From NCBI GenBank assembly GCA_964401575.1, contig CAYNZC010000003.1:200-64199 (forward strand): a DNA stretch of 64,000 nucleotides, read 5' to 3'. This document shows positions 1 through 8,528 of this stretch, in pieces. Each line of letters starts with the position of its first letter. Positions within the stretch are counted from its first letter, which is position 1. The notes below the pieces were generated by a model. That model did not search any database. It worked only from the letters and a program-made list of their open reading frames with translations, and was not told the origin of the DNA. The DNA comes from an uncultured Verrucomicrobiota bacterium (GTDB lineage Bacteria; Verrucomicrobiota; Verrucomicrobiia; Limisphaerales; UBA8199). The position numbers were made by a program, and so were the translations under genes.

Positions 1-1
1 A

Positions 2-442
2 TGCACCGCCCTGCTCAAGCAGCAACTGCCTGAAGTGCAGATAATCATGGTTACGGTCTATGAAGATCCCGACCGTATTTTCCGGGCCTTGCGCGCCGGC
101 GCCTGCGGCTATTTGCTCAAACGTTCGACACCTGAGCAGATCGTGGCAGCCATCCGCGATGTGTATCAGGGCGGGGCTCCCATGAGCAGCGAGATTGCCC
201 GGAAAGTAATCGCGCAGTTTCGCGAACCGCTCGACACCGCCGCAGAAGTGGACGAACTCACGGCCCGCGAAAAGGAGGTGTTGGAGTTGGTAGCGGAGGG
301 AATGGACAACAAGCTGATTGCCGGCCGCCTGGGGGTGGGTGTGGATGCCGTCCGCTGGCACCTGAAGCACATCTACGTCAAACTGCACGTCCACTCCCGC
401 ACACAGGCGGCATTGAAATTCCGAACCGGCCACGCAGAGTAG
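2..442 (+). CDS. NarL/FixJ-type (LuxR HTH) response regulator, 5' end cut by window edge
   Basis: The frame is open from base 2 (CTALLKQQLPEVQIIMVTVY...), so the listed M at 35 is internal. It has the C-terminal half of a receiver domain (VTVYEDPDRIFRALRAGACGYLLK). A GerE/LuxR HTH follows (LTAREKEVLELVAEGMDNKLIAGRLGVGVDAVRWHLKHIYVKLHV). Confidence 0.88.
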   Translation, partial: CTALLKQQLPEVQIIMVTVYEDPDRIFRALRAGACGYLLKRSTPEQIVAAIRDVYQGGAPMSSEIARKVIAQFREPLDTAAEVDELTAREKEVLELVAEGMDNKLIAGRLGVGVDAVRWHLKHIYVKLHVHSRTQAALKFRTGHAE

Positions 443-488
443 CCCAAACTGCGAGATCTCGCAGGTCATGACGATTCCATCTCCGCCT

Positions 489-515
489 AAAACTCCCCAC
501 TTGGGGAGCTAGGCA
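489..515. repeat. 27-nt palindromic motif, copy 1 (aaaactccccacttggggagctaggca)
   Basis: Inverted repeat ctcccca-ct-tggggag at 493-508. 26 of 27 nt are identical to 954-980. Confidence 0.7.
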
Positions 516-553
516 GTGTTCCAGGACCTGTTACGCTGGAAACCAGGGTAGAT

Positions 554-1018
554 ATGATAAAGGTCGCCATTGTTGAAGGGAACGAGACCGTCAGGCAGAG
601 CCTTGAGACGATCGTCAACTTGGCTCCCGGCTGCCGGTGCATAGGAACCTCCGGCACGGCCGACGAAGCACTCCAGACCCTTAGAAACCTGCAGCCCGAC
701 GTCGTGTTGGTTGACACTCAGTCACCAGGCCGGCGAGGAGTTGAACTCACCGTCCGAATCCAGGAATGGCTGCCGGCAACCCGAATCATCGCGCTCACTG
801 TGTATGAAGACCCGGATCGTATCTTCCGCGCGCTGAAGGCAGGAGCTTGCGGCTATCTGCTCAAAAGGTCCACCCCTGAGCAGATTATCGCAATGATTCG
901 CCAGGCGCACCGGGCCGAAGTGACACAACCGCACGCCAAGGTGACCGATGGCAAAAACTCCCCATTTGGGGAGCTAGGCAAAAAAGTCAGTACTGCTAGA
1001 CTTGCAAGCGAATCTTGA
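554..1018 (+). CDS. Receiver-domain-only response regulator paralog (no output domain); possibly a truncated duplicate
   Basis: ATG at 554. The receiver domain (MIKVAIVEGNE...DVVLVDTQSPGRRG...IIALTVYEDPDRIFRALKAGACGYLLKRSTPEQII) is paralogous to ORF 2-442. Similarity ends after RSTPEQII and no HTH follows. The tail (..KVTDGKNSPFGELGKK..) reads through palindrome copy 2. Confidence 0.6.
   Translation: MIKVAIVEGNETVRQSLETIVNLAPGCRCIGTSGTADEALQTLRNLQPDVVLVDTQSPGRRGVELTVRIQEWLPATRIIALTVYEDPDRIFRALKAGACGYLLKRSTPEQIIAMIRQAHRAEVTQPHAKVTDGKNSPFGELGKKVSTARLASES
954..980. repeat. 27-nt palindromic motif, copy 2 (aaaactccccatttggggagctaggca)
   Basis: Inverted repeat ctcccca-tt-tggggag at 958-973. It has one mismatch to copy 1 and lies inside the 3' end of ORF 554-1018. 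Confidence 0.7.
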
Positions 1019-1290
1019 AATGACCCCATGAAATTGCTGGCAAACAGCGCCCGACAGGGATATCGGATTTCGACCGATGGCAAGGTTGCACCCGCTTCAT
1101 GGGATGCTGGCGCGAATGGATACCTCTTTATAACTATAACCGAAACAACTGAAACGCACGGTTTCCTCGGACCGGGCGATCTATTAAAAACGTACCATAA
1201 TCAAGCATCGAATTAGAGTTGCGAATGAAACCAGTCACGCTTATGCAGCAAATGTTTCTCTCCACGCGGGAGAGAAACCACCAACAGACG

Positions 1291-2064
1291 ATGGTCGCGA
1301 CTTCAGGTCGGGCGTTCACTCTGATTGAACTGTTGGTGGTTATCGCCATCATTGCGATATTGGCAGCGATGCTCCTGCCAGCGCTGTCCCGAGCCAAGGA
1401 AAAGGCCAAGGGAATTGTTTGCATGAATAACACCAAACAATTGAACCTCGCCTGGCAGATGTACCCGGATGACAATGGGGGTTTTCTGCCGCCCAACCAC
1501 CAGCTTGGCTATGGCACCAACGGTTGGGTGGATGGCATCATGAGCCAGGGACCCTCCCCGGATAATACCAACACGCTACTTCTGACTCGCTCGGCTCTGG
1601 GTCCCTACACCAAAAACATCGGGATCTACAAGTGTCCTTCGGACATGAGTGTGATGAGGGGAACCGGCCTTCCACGCGTGCGCAGCATTGCAATGAATTG
1701 TTACATTCTCGGCTCGGGAGTGCAGCAGGACTTTCTCAAGACCGCATATTACATATACAAGAAGTATTCCGATATTGTCGTTCCTGCACCTGCCAATGTG
1801 TGGGTGTTTATTGATGAAAAGGAAGACAGCATCAACGACGGTTTCTTCGGTCTATGGCCGGATTCCAACACCGTAATCGACGCTCCGGCGAGTTATCACG
1901 GCGGAGCGGGAGGGCTGAGCTTCGCCGACGGGCATTCGGAGATTCACAGATGGCGTGATGAGCCGGTGCTTCGTCAGCCGAGCAAAACCGAGTCGTACCG
2001 CTCCGGATCGTCTGCCCCGAATGACATGGGCTGGCTGCGGGAACGGACCACTGCGAGGCGCTAG
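1291..2064 (+). CDS. Prepilin-type N-terminal cleavage/methylation domain protein of the H-X9-DG (DUF1559) pseudopilin-like family
   Basis: Class III signal [36 protein letters not shown]-terminal H-X9-DG motif ([14 protein letters not shown]). The ORF is open from TTG 1219. ATG 1291 gives the short leader typical of prepilins; 1225, 1243 and 1252 are alternatives. Confidence 0.85.
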   Translation: MVATSGRAFTLIELLVVIAIIAILAAMLLPALSRAKEKAKGIVCMNNTKQLNLAWQMYPDDNGGFLPPNHQLGYGTNGWVDGIMSQGPSPDNTNTLLLTRSALGPYTKNIGIYKCPSDMSVMRGTGLPRVRSIAMNCYILGSGVQQDFLKTAYYIYKKYSDIVVPAPANVWVFIDEKEDSINDGFFGLWPDSNTVIDAPASYHGGAGGLSFADGHSEIHRWRDEPVLRQPSKTESYRSGSSAPNDMGWLRERTTARR

Positions 2065-2168
2065 AGAGCACATGATTTCAGCAGAGACAGATTAAGCTTT
2101 TACTGGTCGGACCAGGCAGCCAAACAACAAACCAAACAAAAAAGCAACAACCCAGGAAGTCAGCCAAA

Positions 2169-5111
2169 ATGAAAAACATAATCAAATCACTCGGTGCCGC
2201 TGCCGTGTGTATCGTGGCAGCGTGCCTCACGGCCAATGCCGCTGTCCCAACCGCGGACCTCTCTCTCTGGTTGCAAGCCGATGCCGGAGTTACTTTGAAC
2301 GGCACGACTGTTTCGGAGTGGGCCGATCAATCCGGCCAGGGTCACCATGCCTATCAAGGGACTGCCGCCAGCCAACCGACCCTGGTGACCACGGCACTGG
2401 GCAACCCCGGTCTGCGGTTCGACGGACTCAACGACTTCCTGTTGTTCACCAATAATATTAACGAACTGGGAGGGCTGACGATTTTCATGGTGGCTAATAA
2501 CAATTCGGCGGCTCAAACCGGCGGTACGGGCTACGGGGATTCCCCGGCCATTTTCTGGAACGAAACAGCAAGTTGGGGGTGGGTCTTTCTGAGCCCGTTC
2601 CAAACCAACGTGAATTGGCGGATTGGAACCACAGTCGCAAACAACAACGAGCGCTATGCCCGGCCCGCCTCCATCGGCGCAAACTATTCGCTGACCACCC
2701 TCGTGAAGAACATCAGCGATGAAACGCTGTATGTGGACGGGGTCCTGGCTCGTGCCGTGAACAACAAGGGCATTATGACCTACGGAGTTCGTGAGGATGG
2801 TTATCTGGGACGCGGCTCAAGCAGCTATTTCAACGGAGATATCCTCGAGGTGCTGGTTTATAACGTCGCGCTGTCCGACACGGACCGGCAGGCCGTAGAG
2901 GATTATCTGCACAACAAGTACTTTGCCAATCCGCTGCCCACGGTCGCGATTACCAGTCCCGCCAATTTCGCGGAATTCAGCGCTCCCGCAAATATCACCA
3001 TTACAGCCGACGCAACAGACAACACCTCCGTCACTAACGTGGAGTTCTTTGTCAATGGTGTCTCCATCGGAAACGACACGACGGAGCCATTCAGCATGGC
3101 TTGGAATGGCGTGGCTGGAGGCGCTTATGGGTTGACCGTCAAAGCGACCGATGGTCAGGGTGCCTGGACGGTTTCGAGCCGTGTCATTGTCCGGGTCAAT
3201 TATTCCACACCGCAGGAGGGGCCAATGTTAACCGGGTTGGGTTTGTGGTACAAGGCGGATGCCGGCGTGACCTCTGAGTCCGGCAAAGTCTCGGCGTGGG
3301 CCGACCAGTCCGGCTTTGATCGCCATGCCATTCAACCTGTCACTGCCCCGCAACCGGTTTTAATCACTGGAGGCAACGGCAAGCCAGCATTGAGTTTTGA
3401 CGGCGTGACCAGTTGTATGGAATTCTTCATGCCATTAAACGGTCTGAGCCAACTCACCGTCGTGGCCGTGGCAAATAACACCAGCCCTCAGACCCCCGGC
3501 GGAGCCAACGAGGGCACTGCGATCTTGCATTGGACTGAAGGCGCGAGTTGGGGCGCCTTGTCGATCGGAGTTTACCAGAATTCGGCCACTTGGAGGTTCG
3601 GTACCACCCAGGTTCAAAGCGGCACTCCAAATTTCCCCGGGCCGGCGCACACCCGCCCCGAGTCCATTTTGAGGAATTACTCCAGAACCGTGGTCGTCAA
3701 GGACGGTGAAACGGAGACTTTATATACGAATGGTGTAACGGCCATCGCGGTAACGGGCAAACTCCCTACACTTGCGGGCATCAACGAACTCGGTGGGAAA
3801 ATGGGCCGTGGCGTTCACAGTGGCGCTTACACCTACTTCCGAGGTGAGATTCAGGAAATCCTGGTTTACACGAACGCGCTTTCGAGCGTGGAGTTGGACA
3901 ATCTCGACACCTACCTGCGAGCCAAGTACTGGGCTCAGGCTCAACCGGATGTGGTTATCACAAGCCCTGGCGATGTTACAGAATTCTCAGCCCCCTCGGC
4001 TCTTACCATTACAGCCGCCCCTTCCGATTCCGACGGGACCGTTGCGAAGGTGGAGTTTTTTGATAGTGGCATGCTGATTGGCACAGTGACCGCAGCACCG
4101 TGGAGTTTCACCTTGCCCAGTGCAGCGCCTGGCGTGCATAACCTGACTGCGAAAGTTACGGACAATGACGGGCTCTTTAACTACTCCGCTCCCGTGTTCG
4201 TCTTCGGCAGGCCTGCAACCGGTTTTGCGCTGCTGGACAACTTCGAGAATCGCGCGCTGGCACCGATCAGTTTTCAAGGTGACTGGTCCGGAACTTTCTC
4301 CGAGGATGTCGTGCGTCTCGACCCCACAACCTTTGAGGGCGGGAATGCCACCAACAAGGTCCTCCGATTAGCCAAAGCAAACCAGTCGCTTTCCATGCCG
4401 GCCCTGATCAAGGAAGGGGCGACGGGGACGCTGTTCTTCCGGGCTGCTTCAACGACCTGGAGTCGGGACGACATCAGCTTTGGCTTCACGGATGCGCCGA
4501 TCTATAGCTATGCCTCAGTGGATGCTTACGAGGTGCAGGGCCGCCGGTACACTGGTAACAATCTGGCCAATAAGTTCCTGGCCGTCAGGGATGGATCGCT
4601 ACTTTACACCAACAGCCAGTCCTTCAATTCAGATGTGTGGTACAAAATCTGGATGGTCGTGGACAACAGCGCCGACAAGTGGAAGATGTTTATTCAGGGA
4701 GGCGCCTATACCTCGCCGACACCGGTCGATTATTCAGGCAAGACTGTTTTCGACTTCTTCCATGGTGCAGCCGCCAGCGATCTTGTTCGCTTCTTCCTCT
4801 GGACGCCTCTGCAATCGGTGTCTAACGGCGCCAACGGCGGCTTCTGGATGGATGATATCTACCTGGCCGCAGGCGAGAATCTGACGGATCCGACCGTCCC
4901 GCCTCCGCCTTCACTGGCTATAAACAAGTCTGGAACTGATGTCATCGTCTCCTGGCCGGCTGCGGAAACAGGCTATAACCTGGAAGCTACAACCAGTCTG
5001 ACCTTGCCGAATTGGTCGGCGGTCAGCGAAACTCCGGTGCAGGTCGGTGATCAAATGACGGTGACCCTCCCGGCGAGCAGTGCACCGAAGTATCTGCGCT
5101 TGAAGAAGTAG
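2169..5111 (+). CDS. Secreted multidomain protein: 2 x (LamG-like jelly-roll + Ig-like domain), a third concanavalin-like domain, and a C-terminal beta-sandwich module
   Basis: Signal peptide MKNIIKSLGAAAVCIVAACLTANA. The LamG_3-type block is duplicated (LSLWLQADAGVTLNGTTVSEWADQSGQGHHA / LGLWYKADAGVTSESGKVSAWADQSGFDRHA ... EVLVYNVALS / EILVYTNALS). Each copy is followed by an Ig-like domain (VAITSPAN..VEFFVNG / VVITSPGD..VEFFDSG). The C-terminus is ...VSWPAAETGYNLEATTSLTLPNWSAV...KYLRLKK. Confidence 0.85.
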   Translation: MKNIIKSLGAAAVCIVAACLTANAAVPTADLSLWLQADAGVTLNGTTVSEWADQSGQGHHAYQGTAASQPTLVTTALGNPGLRFDGLNDFLLFTNNINELGGLTIFMVANNNSAAQTGGTGYGDSPAIFWNETASWGWVFLSPFQTNVNWRIGTTVANNNERYARPASIGANYSLTTLVKNISDETLYVDGVLARAVNNKGIMTYGVREDGYLGRGSSSYFNGDILEVLVYNVALSDTDRQAVEDYLHNKYFANPLPTVAITSPANFAEFSAPANITITADATDNTSVTNVEFFVNGVSIGNDTTEPFSMAWNGVAGGAYGLTVKATDGQGAWTVSSRVIVRVNYSTPQEGPMLTGLGLWYKADAGVTSESGKVSAWADQSGFDRHAIQPVTAPQPVLITGGNGKPALSFDGVTSCMEFFMPLNGLSQLTVVAVANNTSPQTPGGANEGTAILHWTEGASWGALSIGVYQNSATWRFGTTQVQSGTPNFPGPAHTRPESILRNYSRTVVVKDGETETLYTNGVTAIAVTGKLPTLAGINELGGKMGRGVHSGAYTYFRGEIQEILVYTNALSSVELDNLDTYLRAKYWAQAQPDVVITSPGDVTEFSAPSALTITAAPSDSDGTVAKVEFFDSGMLIGTVTAAPWSFTLPSAAPGVHNLTAKVTDNDGLFNYSAPVFVFGRPATGFALLDNFENRALAPISFQGDWSGTFSEDVVRLDPTTFEGGNATNKVLRLAKANQSLSMPALIKEGATGTLFFRAASTTWSRDDISFGFTDAPIYSYASVDAYEVQGRRYTGNNLANKFLAVRDGSLLYTNSQSFNSDVWYKIWMVVDNSADKWKMFIQGGAYTSPTPVDYSGKTVFDFFHGAAASDLVRFFLWTPLQSVSNGANGGFWMDDIYLAAGENLTDPTVPPPPSLAINKSGTDVIVSWPAAETGYNLEATTSLTLPNWSAVSETPVQVGDQMTVTLPASSAPKYLRLKK

Positions 5112-5206
5112 GGTGGGGGTTGAGATTGCAGCGCAATCCCTGCTCGACCTGTGGGTTGAGCAGGGATTTCTTTTCTAGCTATTGGTGGAATCAACTGGAG
5201 CGACCG

Positions 5207-6505
5207 ATGAATAGACCAATCGTCACACTTAGCCCATTCGGGTACTTTTTTGGACTCGTGTCGAAGTCCTTGCTTGGCTTGATTGCCTGCGGCCCGCTGG
5301 TGGTTCCTCAGGCGGACGCCGGAGATATCCGCTTTCAACACTTTACCATCGCCAATCCGCTGCCGGGCAAGGGCGGCGGAACGGCAGGTATTCCCTTGGC
5401 GGATCTCGATGGCGACGGAGACCTTGATTGCGCCCTGTCGCGGCGCGATGTCCGCGGTTTCTGGTGGTATGAGCGCCGAACCGATTCCACGTGGATCGAG
5501 CACAAAATCTGCATCTCTACGAATATCCCGCAGGAACTGGGCGCCACCTCGATGGATATGGATGCCGACGGTTGGCCGGATCTGGTCTTTAGCCACGTCT
5601 GGTTTAAGAACCCCGGCAACCTGAAACAGAATCCCGACAGCCCGTGGGCCGTTCATCGTTATCCGGGCGTCGGCCATGATCATGATATTTTGGCGGCTGA
5701 CCTGAACCGGGACGGTCGGCAGGACATCGTGGTTTTCGATGGTGAAACGCTGGCATGGTTTAATCCGGCGCGCTCCATGGCCCGTAACACGGTGGCTGAG
5801 AAAGTCGGGCATCATGGCGGCGTCACGCCCAAAGGCGCCGGAGACATTGATGGCGACGGTGATCTGGATCTCGTGATCGCCGGTTCGTGGTTCGAGAATC
5901 CCGGGAAAGGCGAGGGAAACTGGCCTCGCCACTCGTGGCCGCATCTCGTGATCACCAACGCCAGCTACGGCACCAGCATCCGGAGTTGGGTCGTGGACCT
6001 TGACCGCGACGGCCAGAACGACATTCTTTACAGCGACTGCGATACCGGTTCCGGTCACGTGTATTGGGTGAGGAACGAAGGCAAAGGCGGTAAATGGACT
6101 CGCTTTCCCCTGGCCGATCCGCCCACCTCGCCGGGTTGTGTGCCCGGGACGGGCTCTTTCCATTCACTGGGCGTGGCGGATTTCGATCGGGATGGGGATC
6201 TCGATGTGTTTGCCGGCGAACAGGAGGACCCCTCTGCCTTTGCCCACTGGGCACGACAGGGAAAGCTCCCCATGAAGGCCAAGGGGCTCAAGGAACGGGG
6301 TGTTATCTGGGTGAATTCCGGATCGAATCCGCCCGTCTTCACCCCGCAAGTGATTCAGGAAGATAACCCCGGCTGGCACGACGCCTGCCTGGGTGATGTG
6401 GATGGAGACGGCGACATCGACATCGTCAGCAAGATTTGGGAAAAGGACGGGGCGACTTACCATGCCGACTACTGGCGCAACGAAACCATTGCGGCCGGTC
6501 GTTAG
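5207..6505 (+). CDS. FG-GAP/VCBS repeat (integrin-alpha-like beta-propeller) protein
   Basis: Seven Ca-binding-type repeats: DLDGDGDLDCA, DMDADGWPDLV, DLNRDGRQDIVV, DIDGDGDLDLVIAG, DLDRDGQNDIL, DFDRDGDLDVFAG, DVDGDGDIDIV. ATG 5207 precedes a hydrophobic N-terminus. The ORF is formally open from TTG 5120. Confidence 0.85.
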   Translation: MNRPIVTLSPFGYFFGLVSKSLLGLIACGPLVVPQADAGDIRFQHFTIANPLPGKGGGTAGIPLADLDGDGDLDCALSRRDVRGFWWYERRTDSTWIEHKICISTNIPQELGATSMDMDADGWPDLVFSHVWFKNPGNLKQNPDSPWAVHRYPGVGHDHDILAADLNRDGRQDIVVFDGETLAWFNPARSMARNTVAEKVGHHGGVTPKGAGDIDGDGDLDLVIAGSWFENPGKGEGNWPRHSWPHLVITNASYGTSIRSWVVDLDRDGQNDILYSDCDTGSGHVYWVRNEGKGGKWTRFPLADPPTSPGCVPGTGSFHSLGVADFDRDGDLDVFAGEQEDPSAFAHWARQGKLPMKAKGLKERGVIWVNSGSNPPVFTPQVIQEDNPGWHDACLGDVDGDGDIDIVSKIWEKDGATYHADYWRNETIAAGR

Positions 6506-6669
6506 GCCGAGCCATCGCAGTAGTTTTCTTGACTGCCAATGTCCCTCGGGCTCATCGCAGCATGATTCGCCCCGACGCATTCATAACCAAATAGACGCAC
6601 CAAAACGCGTTGCAGCCAGTAATCGGCTTCCGAATCGCGGATAGGTCACGTTCTTCTCTGAGAGACTCC

Positions 6670-8034
6670 TCACTTCTCTCCGCTGGCCAGCGGACGGTGT
6701 CGCGGCAATTCTGCCTTGAAATCCCCGAGGCTGATCCACTGAAGGGGCCGGCTCAGGTCCACTTCTGCGATGGCCAGGGTTCCCCAATCTTTGGCCTGAG
6801 CGAGTAATTCCCCGGTGTGATCAAAAACGCCGGAAACCATCCAATTCGAGGAGATGTCTTCGTAGGTGCTGCTGATGACGTAAACGTGGTTCTCGCATGC
6901 CCGCGCGCGCGCCAACAAGGGGTTGCACCCCCACACCGGCCACGCAATGATCTCCGCACCGCGATTGGACAATTCCCGCGCTACCTCCGGGAAGAAGCCG
7001 TCGTAACAGACCATTAGCCCGATCTTTCCGAGCCGGGTAGTAAACACGGGATATTCGATTCCGGGACAGACACCATCCTGAATCTCATCACGTGGAAGGC
7101 ACACCTTCCGGTACTTTCCGAGCAACGATCCGTCCGGGCCCAGCAGGACTGCCACGTTGTAAATCAAGTGCCCCTCGCGTTCGTGCAAACCGGCCACGAT
7201 GTGCAGGTGGTTGGTGCGCGCCAGTTCGCCAAAATACTTCGTGCTCGGCCCCGGGATTGGTTCGGCAACTTCGCGCGGCTTCCTGCCGGTTCCGATATAC
7301 GTCAGCGTCTCCCCCAGGACCAGCAAATCCACTTTCTGCCGTCCTGCTTCGGCGATCAGTGGTTCGAATTGGGCACAATTCTCCCGGGGAGTTCTACCGC
7401 TCTTCGGTCTGAAATGCGCGGCCGCCAACCGCACGATGCGCGGTGGGGGCGGTTCGCAAGGCTCCAGCAATACGCTGGTCCAGCGCACCTCTCCACTCGG
7501 AGCCCATTGCAGGTGCAGTGACACTTTGGCCTGGGTGGCACGGCCCGGCGCCCGATATCGTCCGCGAATCTCCGTCCAACCGTTGCTGTTGGTGTCGAGG
7601 ATGGCCGGGAATTCCGTTTCGGCAATTCCCGTGGTTCCTTTCAAGTAGCCGGCAACCGTCGGCGTGTCGGTCGGCACCGCCCGGCCCCCGGCATCGCGCC
7701 AGTCCAACTTGGCTACAATGCTCCGCCGCGGAGACCCCACACTCCGGGCGCGGAAGAACGCCGAGAACTCATACCACTTGCCGCCTGTAATGTGAAATGA
7801 CCTCGCCCAGCAACCATCCAGACCTTCGCGAGCGTCGGCGCGGATGACCAGTGCGCTTTCGCCGTTCAATCCGCCGCAGGGTTCATAGGCAAATTCAGGG
7901 CTGATCTCCGGCCGTGGCGCAACCGGCTGCCAATCCCCCGGCGGCCCGTTCGATGTGCCTGAGTGGCCGGGCTGAGCCAGTCCGGCCTTGATCAACGCCA
8001 AGGTAACAACCGCAGCCAGAAAGCATCCCCGCAT
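6670..8034 (-). CDS. Secreted carbon-nitrogen hydrolase (nitrilase superfamily) with an N-terminal beta-sandwich domain
   Basis: Signal peptide [23 protein letters not shown] triad contexts are [17 protein letters not shown] and [12 protein letters not shown]. Confidence 0.85.
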   Translation of the reverse strand: MRGCFLAAVVTLALIKAGLAQPGHSGTSNGPPGDWQPVAPRPEISPEFAYEPCGGLNGESALVIRADAREGLDGCWARSFHITGGKWYEFSAFFRARSVGSPRRSIVAKLDWRDAGGRAVPTDTPTVAGYLKGTTGIAETEFPAILDTNSNGWTEIRGRYRAPGRATQAKVSLHLQWAPSGEVRWTSVLLEPCEPPPPRIVRLAAAHFRPKSGRTPRENCAQFEPLIAEAGRQKVDLLVLGETLTYIGTGRKPREVAEPIPGPSTKYFGELARTNHLHIVAGLHEREGHLIYNVAVLLGPDGSLLGKYRKVCLPRDEIQDGVCPGIEYPVFTTRLGKIGLMVCYDGFFPEVARELSNRGAEIIAWPVWGCNPLLARARACENHVYVISSTYEDISSNWMVSGVFDHTGELLAQAKDWGTLAIAEVDLSRPLQWISLGDFKAELPRHRPLASGEK

Positions 8035-8228
8035 AGTGCCTCCAGCCTAGACGAATCGACGTAAAGTGTGAAAGTTGAAATCGCGAAGTAAACAGCATTC
8101 GGAAATTCCATTAGCCAGCACGTCGGCGATATGCAGAGATCCAAATCCGTTAGACGATACGAGCGAGGCCGACGGTAAAGGTCACAGGGGGTACCTCGAG
8201 AACAGTACAGATCGCACGCTCGTTGGTG

Positions 8229-8507
8229 TCAAAAACCGACGCCCAATGAAACGATCATGCGCAAGTCGTCTGGTTTGGGTGTCGTCCCACCTGCGCTGGT
8301 GGCCGGATGGGAAACACGATCCCGGAGGAACGACACGTCCAATTCGAAGCGCTTGGACAGATCTATCTCGAAGGTATTCTCCCAGTGGTGCATGTATCCG
8401 CCCGCCTCCTCCCCCGCCGCAGCGCTGACCAGCGCACAAGCCTGCATGGGGTTGCCTGCTTCTGGAAGTGCAGAAGAGGTGACGCCGACACTCGCAGCCA
8501 GCCGCAT
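8229..8507 (-). pseudogene. Possible C-terminal remnant of a DUF481-type outer-membrane beta-barrel protein
   Basis: The last ~50 aa (WENTFEIDLSKRFELDVSFLRDRVSHPATSAGGTTPKPDDLRMIVSLGVGF) show the alternating beta-strand pattern and terminal aromatic residue of an OMP, and resemble DUF481 C-termini. It is only 92 aa with no signal peptide, and the upstream part is replaced by the divergent hydrolase gene. Confidence 0.35.
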
Positions 8508-8528
8508 AATGAGGTAATCTGTAGTCGC

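Noticed and set aside
1028-1216. 62-aa ORF between the receiver-only gene and the pseudopilin gene
   Set aside because: It has no motif and no obvious ribosome-binding context, and its composition is unremarkable. It is treated as non-coding leader for the pseudopilin gene.
5051-6163. 370-aa minus-strand ORF opposite the FG-GAP gene
   Set aside because: It is a shadow ORF with low-complexity R/G/A/P composition. The plus-strand frame shows seven clean FG-GAP/Ca-binding repeats.
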